Assembly (NCBI GenBank): GCA_963579845.1
Contig: CAUZHS010000002.1
Coordinates: forward strand, 38,827-102,826
DNA: 64,000 nt
Reading direction: 5' to 3'
Source: Dehalococcoidia bacterium
GTDB lineage: Bacteria; Chloroflexota; Dehalococcoidia; Lucifugimonadales; Australimonadaceae
The notes beneath the pieces were generated by a model. The model made no database searches. It was not told the origin of the DNA and worked only from the letters and a program-made list of their open reading frames with translations. The translations under genes were made by a program, and so were the position numbers. Numbering within the stretch: the stretch's first letter is position 1; each line of letters starts with the position of its first letter. Shown in pieces: positions 18,268-26,828 of the stretch.

Positions 18268-20028
18268 TCAGCGCAGAAATGCGATGAGTGTGACCACGGC
18301 GAAGGTCATGAGGATGGCCGCCACAGCCGTGCCCAGAGAGGGCCGTCCAACCTGGGATACCCGGGTGTCGGCCAAAGGACGGAGCTTGCGCCGAAGGCTA
18401 TTCCATGCCGTTTCGGGCTCAATGGCGAGCTTTCCGCCGTAGGACGTTAGGGCGTTGGCCAGCCGCTCAGTGCCGGAGAAGAGCGTTTCCAGGGGCTCTT
18501 GGACAAACATGCGCACCAGTTTGTTAGCCTTCCGGTAGAGCCAGTCCACGTCCAGGAGCATCTTGCGCTCCGGCGCCAGCACCCGTCGCAGGAGCCAGAA
18601 GGCCAGACCCGTGAAGAGCAGGAGTTGCAGCGTGAGCACCACGTGGAGTGCCGTGTAGGGCTCGTAATCGAGCTCAAAGGGCAGCCGGTCATACAGGAAA
18701 TCGGGGTAGACGCCAAGTCCAATGCTGCCCAGTGCTGCGAGCGTCATGGCTGTCAGCATTCCCCAAGGAAGCCTCTGGAGCATCCGTGTTTCCCCATCGG
18801 GCGTGCCCAACCAGATGAAGTACGGCAGCCGCAGCCCGACACTTAGAAAAGTCCCCGCCGTGGCCGCATACAGTATCAGTACCAGCCAGTCTCGATGCTC
18901 CTCCTCGGCCGCAAGAATAACCACCGATTTGGTGACGAAGCCGCTCAGGAGAGGCAAGGAGGACGCGGCGAGGGCGCCTGCCATGAAGAGGATGAGGACC
19001 AATCGCATGGAGCCGCCCAATGTCCCGAGCTCCGTGAGCTTGCTCCTGCCGGTGGCATAGAGCACAGATCCGGCACCCATGAACAGTAGCGATTTGTATA
19101 GCACGTCTGCCACGGCCAGCGCGGCCACGCCGTTCAGGGCTACGCCGGTGCCCAGGCCCACCCCCACCACCATGAAGCCCACCTTACTAATGACGTCGTA
19201 GGAGAGCACCCGCCGGATATCGTTGGCCTGTACGGCGAACACCACGCCGTACAGCGCCATGGCCGCTCCAGCCCAGATGAGTATATCCCAGCCAGCGAAC
19301 CCTCGGGCCAGCACGTAAACCGCCGTCTTGGTGGTGAGCACGCTTAGGAACACAGCTCCCGTTACGGTGGATTCAGGATAGGCATCGGGAAGCCACGCAT
19401 GCAAGGGCGGGATGGCCGCATTCAGTGCCACCCCCCCTAGTATCAGCCAGCCGGCGGTGTTCTCTTGGAAGTGCTCGAACAACAAGCTCCCCGTCTCGCC
19501 AGCATGCCAAAGGACACCGAGTAGCAGCAGCGCGCCGCCCGCCACGTGAACGAACAGATAGCGGTTGCCTGCGGCCTGGGCTGTGGAGGAACCCCGTGCC
19601 CAGATGAGGTAGACCGAGGTGACGGCCAGCACTTCCCAGAAGACCACCAGCGTCAGGAGGTCTCCGGCGAAGACCACGCCCTGCGCCGCGCCCGCATAAA
19701 GCAGCGCGGTGACTTGCTGGCCGCGTTCCTTCATATGCAGCGCGTAGATGCCGCCCAGAAGCGTTACTACCGCGAATATGTAGCCGAAGAGCAGGCTCAG
19801 ATTGTCCACCCGGACCGGCATGACGTCCATGTCCAGGAAGCGGCCGTGGAGCGAGTCGCCCGCCTCGACGCTGAAGGCCAGGTAGGCCAACAGTACGCCG
19901 GGGCCTAGTAGGAAGGCCCAGGGGCGAGCGCGGTTGGGCAGAACAGCCACCAACACAGCCGTTCCAAGTAGTATGAGGCTCGGTGGGAAGCTAGGCATCG
20001 TCGTCACGCCCCTGGTAGTAGTCCTCAT
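18268..20028 (-). CDS. Mrp/complex-I antiporter-like subunit (MrpA/D-NuoL/M/N family) with C-terminal lateral-helix-like extension
   Basis: 586-aa ORF; LHAWLPDAYPEST, proton-conducting transporter core. Extra about 100 aa ends in a long helix plus terminal TM LGTAVAAILMTFAVVTLIAFL. Start may be ATG at 19998. Confidence 0.8.
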   Translation of the reverse strand: MRTTTRGVTTMPSFPPSLILLGTAVLVAVLPNRARPWAFLLGPGVLLAYLAFSVEAGDSLHGRFLDMDVMPVRVDNLSLLFGYIFAVVTLLGGIYALHMKERGQQVTALLYAGAAQGVVFAGDLLTLVVFWEVLAVTSVYLIWARGSSTAQAAGNRYLFVHVAGGALLLLGVLWHAGETGSLLFEHFQENTAGWLILGGVALNAAIPPLHAWLPDAYPESTVTGAVFLSVLTTKTAVYVLARGFAGWDILIWAGAAMALYGVVFAVQANDIRRVLSYDVISKVGFMVVGVGLGTGVALNGVAALAVADVLYKSLLFMGAGSVLYATGRSKLTELGTLGGSMRLVLILFMAGALAASSLPLLSGFVTKSVVILAAEEEHRDWLVLILYAATAGTFLSVGLRLPYFIWLGTPDGETRMLQRLPWGMLTAMTLAALGSIGLGVYPDFLYDRLPFELDYEPYTALHVVLTLQLLLFTGLAFWLLRRVLAPERKMLLDVDWLYRKANKLVRMFVQEPLETLFSGTERLANALTSYGGKLAIEPETAWNSLRRKLRPLADTRVSQVGRPSLGTAVAAILMTFAVVTLIAFLR

Positions 20029-20224
20029 CCTGGCCCAGACAGAGGCGACTCAACAGCATGGCGCTGGCGATGATGAGGACGCTGCTTACCAGCCCCAGCG
20101 CCATGAAGGAACCACGAAGATGCCCTCCGGCGAACGCCGGACGGAGCTGGTTTCCCGCGGAAACTAGGTCGGCGGCGAGTATGAGGAGGGCGGCAGCGAT
20201 GGTTGCGAAGAGCCACAGTCTCAT
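19991..20224 (-). CDS. small two-TM membrane protein inside the Mrp cluster (hypothetical)
   Basis: 77-aa ORF. Start overlaps the upstream subunit stop (ATGA at 20221-20224) and its end overlaps the downstream subunit start. Two hydrophobic segments and an acidic tail. Confidence 0.5.
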   Translation of the reverse strand: MRLWLFATIAAALLILAADLVSAGNQLRPAFAGGHLRGSFMALGLVSSVLIIASAMLLSRLCLGQDEDYYQGRDDDA

Positions 20225-21735
20225 GGACCGCCTCCCGCCAGAGTTGTCGAATCGGGGCTGGTCACCGATTGGGATATCTGCTCCGCCAGTTCAAAGAACC
20301 GGAAGGGAAAATCGGGAGAGGTGCCGAGCCATAGCGCCAGTCCCGCAGTGACGGCCAGGGGTAGCACCATAGCCGTTGATGCCTCGGCGTAGCGGGGAAA
20401 GGCGGGAGAGGAGCGCCAGAATGCGCGGAAAACCACAGGGAAGAGGTAGCTTGCGGTGAGGACGCCGCTCACCATGTACAGAATGAGAAATACCTGGTGG
20501 CCCACTTCAGCGGCGCCCAGACCCAGGTACCACTTGCTGGTGAACAGCACGAAGGGCGGGATGCCTGCCATGCTTAGCGCCGCCAGCGCAAAGGCCCCCA
20601 TGGTGATAGGCATCTGACGTCCGATTCCCGTCATCTCGCTGACGTTTTCCCGGTGCGTGCGCGCGTGAATGGCCCCGGCGCACATGAAAAGCGTGATCTT
20701 GGTAACTCCGTGGCCAACTAGGTGGAGGATTGCGCCTATCCACGCCGTTGGTCCCAAGAGCGCCACGCCCAGCGCGATGTAGGAGAGGTGGCTGATGGTG
20801 GAGTAGGCTAGGCGGCGCTTTAGGTTATCGTGGCGGAGTGCCAGAACGGAGCCGATGATGAGAGTGCTTCCCGCCGCGGTGGCTAGTACCTGCCAGGCCC
20901 CCATCTCCTGAAGTAGCCCGACACCGAAGACGAAACCAACCATCCGGATGACGCCAAATGCGCCCGCCTTCACCACTGCCACCGCATGGAGGAGCGCGCT
21001 GACTGGGGCTGGCGCCACCATCGCCGACGGCAGCCAGCCATGCAGCGGCATGATGGCCGCCTTCACGCCAACGCCTCCTATCAAAAGGGCGAACAGCCCC
21101 CAACGTTGGAGGTCGCTCTCCAGACCAGAGAGGAACCCGCCCGGTCTGAATGTCGCGTCGATGCCTAGTATCTGGACCCATGCGGTCGCGCCGATGAGCG
21201 CCAGACCGCTGGAGAGGGTGTAGAACAGGTACTTGCGCCCCGCCCGCACGGCCTCTTCCGTCTCATGATGGACAACCAGAGGGTAGGTGAACAGGGTTAA
21301 GAGCTCATAGAACAGCACGAAGGTCAGTAGATTGGCCGAGAATGCCACGCCAATCGTCGCCGTCATGCTTAGGGCGAAGACCGTGAAGAAGCGAGTCTGG
21401 CTCGCCTCTTGCAGGCTCCGCATGTAGCCCACCGAATAGACCGAGACCACCAGCCACAGCGACGATGCCAACAGCGCGAACACCATTCCCATGGCATCGG
21501 CACGGAGCACAAGCTCGATACCGGGAGATAGCTCGAAAAGCTGGGTTTCGGGGACTCGTCCGTTGAGCACATCGGGCAGCATGAAGGCGACCAGTGCCAC
21601 TTGTACCGCCGCCGCTAGCGTGCTCCAGCCGTCCCGAAGTTTGGGGGTGCGGTGCGAGAGTAAGACCAGGGTCGCCGCTCCAACAGAAGTGAGTAGCGCC
21701 AGAAGTGGCAGCGGAGAGTCGAAGACCTCGGTCAT
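20221..21735 (-). CDS. Mrp/complex-I antiporter-like subunit (MrpA-N/NuoL-like)
   Basis: 504-aa ORF; MPLHGWLPSAMVAPAPVSALLHAVAVVKAGAFG motif typical of NuoL/MrpA-type subunits. Confidence 0.8.
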   Translation of the reverse strand: MTEVFDSPLPLLALLTSVGAATLVLLSHRTPKLRDGWSTLAAAVQVALVAFMLPDVLNGRVPETQLFELSPGIELVLRADAMGMVFALLASSLWLVVSVYSVGYMRSLQEASQTRFFTVFALSMTATIGVAFSANLLTFVLFYELLTLFTYPLVVHHETEEAVRAGRKYLFYTLSSGLALIGATAWVQILGIDATFRPGGFLSGLESDLQRWGLFALLIGGVGVKAAIMPLHGWLPSAMVAPAPVSALLHAVAVVKAGAFGVIRMVGFVFGVGLLQEMGAWQVLATAAGSTLIIGSVLALRHDNLKRRLAYSTISHLSYIALGVALLGPTAWIGAILHLVGHGVTKITLFMCAGAIHARTHRENVSEMTGIGRQMPITMGAFALAALSMAGIPPFVLFTSKWYLGLGAAEVGHQVFLILYMVSGVLTASYLFPVVFRAFWRSSPAFPRYAEASTAMVLPLAVTAGLALWLGTSPDFPFRFFELAEQISQSVTSPDSTTLAGGGP

Positions 21736-23210
21736 CAGACCCCTCGCTCCAGCACTCTGGTAACGATGGCGCTATTCATCAGCCCTAGCGCCACCGTCGC
21801 AAGCCCTAGCACCAGCATTGGGACGAGCATGGAGACCGGGGCTTCCCGTACCGCCGTCACCGTTTGGGTTGTGACGCCACCGCGGCCGCCCATGGCGGGG
21901 TCCGGCTCGGGCGGATAGGAACGGAGATAGACCCGTTCAAGTATCCGGAACAAGTAGACGGCGGTGAGCAACGAGCTGACCAGGACCACCACTGCTACCG
22001 GCCACTGGCCGGCATCGATACCCGCCTGGACCAGGTACCACTTGCTGAAGAACCCCGCCGTGGGTGGGATGCCCACCAGCGATATGGCGCCAAAACTGAA
22101 GGCCATCATGGTGATGGGCATACGCTTGCCCAGGCCCGTCATGCGCTCGATTTCGGAGCTGCCGGTTGACTGCCGAACGCTGGCCGCCGCCAGGAAGAGG
22201 GTGGCTTTCATCACGGCATGGTTCATCACGTGAAGAAGTGCTGCCACGAAGGCCAGGGGGCTTGCCAGGCCGATGGCCACCGCGATCAACGAGATCTGGC
22301 TTACGCTGCTATAGGCCAGCATCCGTCGAAGGTCGCGCTGGGATATGGCCGCCACCGACCCAGCGATGACACCGATGAGCCCCAGGACGATCAGTGCATC
22401 GGCTATGGGCACTTCGTCTTGGAGGTAGGTTGGGGAGAAAACGCTGAGGAACATGCGCAGCATGGCGTAGGCCGCCACCTTGGTCATGATGGGTGCTATC
22501 AGCGAGTTCACCGAGGAGGAGGAGTATGTGTAGGCGTCGGGCAGCCACAGGTGCATGGGAAAGAGGGCCATCTTCAAGCCCAGGCCCACGAAGATGAGAA
22601 CCGCACCAGCCTGCACAGAGCGCAGCTCGGCAACTTCTGGCATGCGCGCGGCCATGTCGGCCATATTGAGGGTGCCGGTGGCGAAGTACAAAAAACCCAC
22701 GCCCAGTAGATAGAGCGCACCACCGATGGTGCCTAAGATTAGGTACCGGAACCCAGCCACCATGGCGCGCTGGTCGCCGATGAATACCAGGGTATACGCG
22801 GCCAGCGATGCTATTTCCAGGAAGACGAAAAGGTTGAACAGGTCGCCAGTGACCACGATTCCCGTTAGTCCCGCCAGGAGCAGCAGGACTAGGCCGTAAT
22901 AGATACCCGTCCGCTCCCGCCCCGTTTCGGTCACTGTGCCGCGTGTCGCCATGATGACGAGCAAGGCCACTGAGGTGATGACCACCGCCACGAAGCCGGA
23001 AACGTAATCCACCACGTATTCGATGCCCAGCGGCGGCTCCCAGTTCCCCAGCAGGTGACGGAGGGGTGCGTCGTTTTGGGAGACCTCCGCCAGGGCGCCG
23101 ATTGAGAAGATGACGGATGCGGTCACGGCCACGACGGCCAGAGGGAACGCAGCCTGGGGACGCCAGAGCCCGGTCGGCGTTACGATTAAGGCCATGGCCA
23201 GCAGGCTCAT
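21735..23210 (-). CDS. mrpD: Mrp antiporter subunit D-like (NuoN/M-like)
   Basis: 491-aa ORF; FPMHLWLPDAYTYSSSSVNSLIAPIMTKVAAY, about 14 TM segments. Confidence 0.8.
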   Translation of the reverse strand: MSLLAMALIVTPTGLWRPQAAFPLAVVAVTASVIFSIGALAEVSQNDAPLRHLLGNWEPPLGIEYVVDYVSGFVAVVITSVALLVIMATRGTVTETGRERTGIYYGLVLLLLAGLTGIVVTGDLFNLFVFLEIASLAAYTLVFIGDQRAMVAGFRYLILGTIGGALYLLGVGFLYFATGTLNMADMAARMPEVAELRSVQAGAVLIFVGLGLKMALFPMHLWLPDAYTYSSSSVNSLIAPIMTKVAAYAMLRMFLSVFSPTYLQDEVPIADALIVLGLIGVIAGSVAAISQRDLRRMLAYSSVSQISLIAVAIGLASPLAFVAALLHVMNHAVMKATLFLAAASVRQSTGSSEIERMTGLGKRMPITMMAFSFGAISLVGIPPTAGFFSKWYLVQAGIDAGQWPVAVVVLVSSLLTAVYLFRILERVYLRSYPPEPDPAMGGRGGVTTQTVTAVREAPVSMLVPMLVLGLATVALGLMNSAIVTRVLERGV

Positions 23211-23239
23211 GGGTATGAGTAAAGGAAGCTGCTCGGCGT

Positions 23240-23602
23240 CTATTCCTGCACGCGTTCCAGGATTTCATTCTCGTCTAAGGTGTGGAACTCACGGTAGATG
23301 CGGACCATGAAGGCCAACGCCACGCCGGAGATCGCTACGGAGACCACGATGGCGGTGAGCATCAACGCATGGGGAAGGGGGTTGATGTAGTTCGCGCCGC
23401 TCAAGTTCTCATCCAGGATGGGTACCGTGGCGCCCTCCCGGAGACTGCCCGAGATGAAGAAGAGGATGATGGCGACTTGAAAGATGCTGGCGCCGATGAC
23501 CTTCTTCATCAAGTTGCGCTTCTTAATCATGCCGTAAAGGCCGATGACCAGGAGCAGTGTCGTGAGCCAGTATGAAAAACGATCCGCGATTTCGTCAACC
23601 AT
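23240..23602 (-). CDS. mrpC: Mrp antiporter subunit C (NuoK-like)
   Basis: 120-aa ORF; NPLPHALMLTAIVVSVAISGVALAF motif. Confidence 0.85.
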   Translation of the reverse strand: MVDEIADRFSYWLTTLLLVIGLYGMIKKRNLMKKVIGASIFQVAIILFFISGSLREGATVPILDENLSGANYINPLPHALMLTAIVVSVAISGVALAFMVRIYREFHTLDENEILERVQE

Positions 23603-24074
23603 CTGTCATTCCCTCCGGCCCGGTCTCTTGTTCCGGGGCGTTTTGGGGTTGGGTGAGGTAATCGAAGGTGAGGGCAAGGACGCCGAAGACCGTGATGCCG
23701 ATTCCAGCCTCGACGATGAACGCGCCCCACTTCCGGAGGTCCGAATCTTCAGCGCCAAACAGCCACAGTGCTTCGTAATCGAGGAAGGGCTGTCCGGTGA
23801 GGGGCCCAACTGCACCGGTGATGACGAAGATGGCCACGCCGCCGTAGGCCGCTCCGCTCAACATGCCGATGTTGAAGCGCCGGTGCGCCCATTCCCTGCC
23901 CACGCTCATGTGGATGAGAGCGACAGCGGCGACCATGATGGCACCGCCCTGGAAGCCGCCGCCTGGTGCGGCTTCGCCAATGGTAAAGACGTAGAAGCCG
24001 AAAATTAGGATGAAAGGCACCATGAAGATGCGGGCGATGAAGTGAAGAATGATGCTGTCAGACGGATCCGTCAT
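23595..24074 (-). CDS. mrpB: Mrp antiporter subunit B
   Basis: 159-aa ORF; GEAAPGGGFQGGAIMVAA motif of the MnhB domain. Confidence 0.8.
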   Translation of the reverse strand: MTDPSDSIILHFIARIFMVPFILIFGFYVFTIGEAAPGGGFQGGAIMVAAVALIHMSVGREWAHRRFNIGMLSGAAYGGVAIFVITGAVGPLTGQPFLDYEALWLFGAEDSDLRKWGAFIVEAGIGITVFGVLALTFDYLTQPQNAPEQETGPEGMTDG

Positions 24075-24345
24075 TTGGCCTCCGGAAAGAGAGTGTGATG
24101 GCGATGGCCATCCCCGCGGTGAGCACCACCGCCGTTTCTCCTAGAGTATCGTAGCTCCGGAAGTCGGCTAGCACCGCGGACACCACGTTGGGCGTACCCA
24201 CGCGCTCCTCCGCCAGAGCGATGTATTCCGGAGCCACATGGGTATTTGCAGGAGAGCTGGGATCCGCGCGGTCGGGCAGGTCGCCCTCTGCGTAGATGAG
24301 CAGGGCGGCCAGGCCAAGGAGGAGTGCCAGCGTCAGAATTCTCAA
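24058..24345 (-). CDS. MnhB-related small membrane protein (MbhE-like)
   Basis: 95-aa ORF; NVVSAVLADFRSYDTLGETAVV motif. Confidence 0.7.
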   Translation of the reverse strand: MRILTLALLLGLAALLIYAEGDLPDRADPSSPANTHVAPEYIALAEERVGTPNVVSAVLADFRSYDTLGETAVVLTAGMAIAITLSFRRPNDGSV

Positions 24346-24587
24346 TCCACCGACCTCCGGTCCATCGCAACGATCCCCGCGATGAACAACACACCTGTGA
24401 TTCCCGACCCCAGCGCCACTTCAGTCATGGCCACGTCCACTGCTCCCATCATAGCCATGAGCAGCGCACTGAAGAAGCTGAAGGCCGTGAGCGTTGCCAC
24501 CGCCGCCAGCAGGTCGCGTAACGACAATGCCACTACGGCGGTGACCACCAGCATTAAAAACAGCGCAAGCTCCAGTTGCCAGACCAT
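24342..24587 (-). CDS. DUF4040-like membrane protein (MrpA C-terminal / MbhD-like)
   Basis: 81-aa ORF, three hydrophobic segments; its position between mrpG and the MnhB-like genes matches Mbh/Mrp-type clusters. Confidence 0.65.
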   Translation of the reverse strand: MVWQLELALFLMLVVTAVVALSLRDLLAAVATLTAFSFFSALLMAMMGAVDVAMTEVALGSGITGVLFIAGIVAMDRRSVD

Positions 24588-24597
24588 TTCTCTCTCC

Positions 24598-24942
24598 TTA
24601 CTTCGGCAAGGCCGGCGTATCGCTCCCCGGCGCCGTCCGCGTCCAGGGTTTCACTCCCTGGCGCACCGCCGCTCGGATCAGTAGGTGAGTGGCCACCGGG
24701 TTCGCCAGAAACACGAAGACCATCGCTAGGAGCAGCTTCAAGCTCACAATGTTTACGCCGTTGTACAGTGCCAGTCCCAGCATTACCAGGCCCAGTCCTA
24801 GAGTCTCGGACTTTGAAACAGCATGGGCGCGGGTGTAGAAGTCTGGCAGACGTAGCAGTCCAACGGCGGTAATTCCCATGAAGAACAGTCCAATCACGAC
24901 CAAGGTTCCTCCGCCGATATTCAAGGTTGTCTCCACGCTCAC
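24598..24942 (-). CDS. mrpG: Mrp antiporter subunit G
   Basis: 114-aa ORF; GLLRLPDFYTRAHAVSKSETLGLG motif. Confidence 0.8.
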   Translation of the reverse strand: MSVETTLNIGGGTLVVIGLFFMGITAVGLLRLPDFYTRAHAVSKSETLGLGLVMLGLALYNGVNIVSLKLLLAMVFVFLANPVATHLLIRAAVRQGVKPWTRTAPGSDTPALPK

Positions 24943-25211
24943 GCATCCCCCTCGGAGCGGCGCTCCAATACTTTGGCGGCGGCCACCGTCCCCACGAAGT
25001 TCAGCAGCGCATAGGTCAGGGCCAGGTCGATGAACATAGATGGTCTGGTGAAGATGAACCCGATAACTGCCATGAGGGCGATAGTGTTTGTGCCCACTGC
25101 GCTGACGGCCAGGAGCTGGTTGAAGATGCTGCGTCCGATGATTACCCGTAAGAAGGCGACGAAGCTCAGCCCCACGATGATAGAGGCTACGGTAATGAAG
25201 AAGGCGCTCAT
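24939..25211 (-). CDS. mrpF: Mrp antiporter subunit F
   Basis: Internal ATG (MSAFFITVASIIVG...) of the 24939..25307 ORF; gives a 90-aa three-TM protein whose start overlaps the mrpE stop (ATGA). Confidence 0.75.
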   Translation of the reverse strand: MSAFFITVASIIVGLSFVAFLRVIIGRSIFNQLLAVSAVGTNTIALMAVIGFIFTRPSMFIDLALTYALLNFVGTVAAAKVLERRSEGDA

Positions 25212-25825
25212 GCCTGATACTCGGTGGGGTCGGTGACGATACTCACCGGCTGGGGCTGGCCCTTCGCCTGGCCGAACACTGATGCCACCTTGTCTTGCAT
25301 GCTCCACTCTGCCAGGCTGGCCCGAGTCCGGGCCGAGAGCGCGTGCACAAGGAACCGGCCTTTACGGTCGATGTCCACGATGATAGTCCCTGGAGCCAGC
25401 GTAATGGACTGGGCCAGCAGTACCTGGGCGGGCTCGGTTTCCAGCGTGGTCTCGAAGGTGACGAGCTGGGGGTCGATGGGGATGCGAGGGTGTAATACGA
25501 GGTAGGCCACGTGCACGTTGGCGAGCAGAATCTCATAAAGTAGCCACGGCAGGTATAGCAGAAACCGAACCCCCGTGCGGACGAGCCACGAAAGGTAGTG
25601 GGGTGGAGCGTGGAACCGCTCTGGGTCGCGAGGAAAAAACAGGTCGCGGGTGAGGAGGACCACCATCGCCGAAAAGAGCACCCCGAAGGTCACGAACTTG
25701 AGGTCTAGGGTGCCGGAAAGGGCAAGCCAAAAGAGGAAGAGGATGGTGAATTCCAGGCCCCAGCGAAGGGGTCGCCTATGCCATCCTCGACGCGAGCCGC
25801 GCTCAGGAGGGCTCTCTCCCCTCAT
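25208..25825 (-). CDS. mrpE: Mrp antiporter subunit E
   Basis: Internal ATG at 25825 (MRGESPP...) preceded by GGAGG; FLFWLALSG...LANVHVAYLVLHP MnhE-like. The longer ORF-track start at 26056 would overlap the divergent gene. Confidence 0.7.
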   Translation of the reverse strand: MRGESPPERGSRRGWHRRPLRWGLEFTILFLFWLALSGTLDLKFVTFGVLFSAMVVLLTRDLFFPRDPERFHAPPHYLSWLVRTGVRFLLYLPWLLYEILLANVHVAYLVLHPRIPIDPQLVTFETTLETEPAQVLLAQSITLAPGTIIVDIDRKGRFLVHALSARTRASLAEWSMQDKVASVFGQAKGQPQPVSIVTDPTEYQA

Positions 25826-26008
25826 AGTCCTCCAAAAGGGTGCAGACCGGGCAGCGTAATGGTGGTGCCCAACAGGAAACGTTGTTGTTCGTAGGAAGCT
25901 GCTCGACAGGCTAAGGGAGGTGCTGTGGAGTGTCAAGGTAAAGTGGATGCAGCCTGGGCCCACCTTCTTCGTCTTGTCTCCTATAATGGTACCGAGGAGG
26001 AAGGTGTT

Positions 26009-26788
26009 ATGGCACTTAATTTCGATGTTGGTGACCCACAGCAACCCAAAGGCCACGCCTTGGTCTACTTCCGTAACCGCGACGATGCTCGTGTCTATGC
26101 GACCTATGTCCTGGTGCTGCCGATTCAGATGGATATGGGGAAATACTTGCCACCGCTTCTGGCCTCTCAGCTGGGTAGCATGGCAGGTGAGGCCTTGAGC
26201 GGCTCTATGACCAGTTTTGCGGCGCCACCCATGCCGGAGGCGGTAGAGAGCGTGGCCGAGTTGCAGAGGCTGGCATCGCTGCGGGGTGACGACCTCATCG
26301 ATGCGGGGAGCTTCTCAGCCTCCGATATGAGTGCAGCCATGCAGGAAACGGCGATGGCGACCCAGGCCTACTTCGGTCTCTACCAGGTGCACTTCGATGC
26401 TCATCAGGAGGCGCAGCCGGAAGCGATTCGTGCTAGCGAGGGCCGGCTGGAAGAGCCGGGCCTCGCTAGCGTCCACCGAGTTCTCTTTGAGCTGATGAAC
26501 GACCGAGACCGGTTGGCCGAGCTGTCCAAACTGGTAGGCACCATGCGCTTTGCGTTGGAACGTGACGATACTTCTCTGGCCCAGGAGACCAGCGATGGTA
26601 TGCAGGTGCTGGAGGAGATTATGTCCGAGCGCTACTGGGTGGTCAAGGTTCGCAAGGCGGCTAGCGACCTTTCGGAGCGCGGCGCGACTCTGGCCCGGTT
26701 GTACCTGGAGCGCTGCTATAAGCTCATCGACGAAGCGTATGAGGCGGTCACCGACCTGGAGCGCCAGATTGAGGTGGCGGAGGGGTAA
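26009..26788 (+). CDS. hypothetical protein (no family recognised)
   Basis: Internal ATG at 26009 preceded by GAGGAGG and a TATAAT at 25982-25987. 259 aa, GC3-rich codon usage, acidic helical C-terminal half. Confidence 0.6.
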   Translation: MALNFDVGDPQQPKGHALVYFRNRDDARVYATYVLVLPIQMDMGKYLPPLLASQLGSMAGEALSGSMTSFAAPPMPEAVESVAELQRLASLRGDDLIDAGSFSASDMSAAMQETAMATQAYFGLYQVHFDAHQEAQPEAIRASEGRLEEPGLASVHRVLFELMNDRDRLAELSKLVGTMRFALERDDTSLAQETSDGMQVLEEIMSERYWVVKVRKAASDLSERGATLARLYLERCYKLIDEAYEAVTDLERQIEVAEG

Positions 26789-26828
26789 GGCGGCAGGGTA
26801 TCCCCCGCTCGCAACGACCCCCAAGTAC

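Noticed and set aside
18264-18268. Convergent gene pairs separated by only 3-4 nt (yihY/mrp at 18264-18268; DUF1015/S51 at 53376-53381) as something unusual
   Set aside because: No room for terminators is notable, but tight convergent packing fits the compact, almost fully coding layout of this window. No additional signal was seen.
22309-23268. 319-aa minus-strand ORF in an alternative frame of the mrpD-like gene
   Set aside because: The translation is Arg/Gly/Pro-rich and not hydrophobic. The overlapping frame encodes a clear 14-TM antiporter subunit.
25826-26056. N-terminal 77-aa extension of the mrpE ORF
   Set aside because: It would overlap the divergent gene start and promoter. The internal ATG at 25825 has a GGAGG RBS, and MnhE similarity starts after it.
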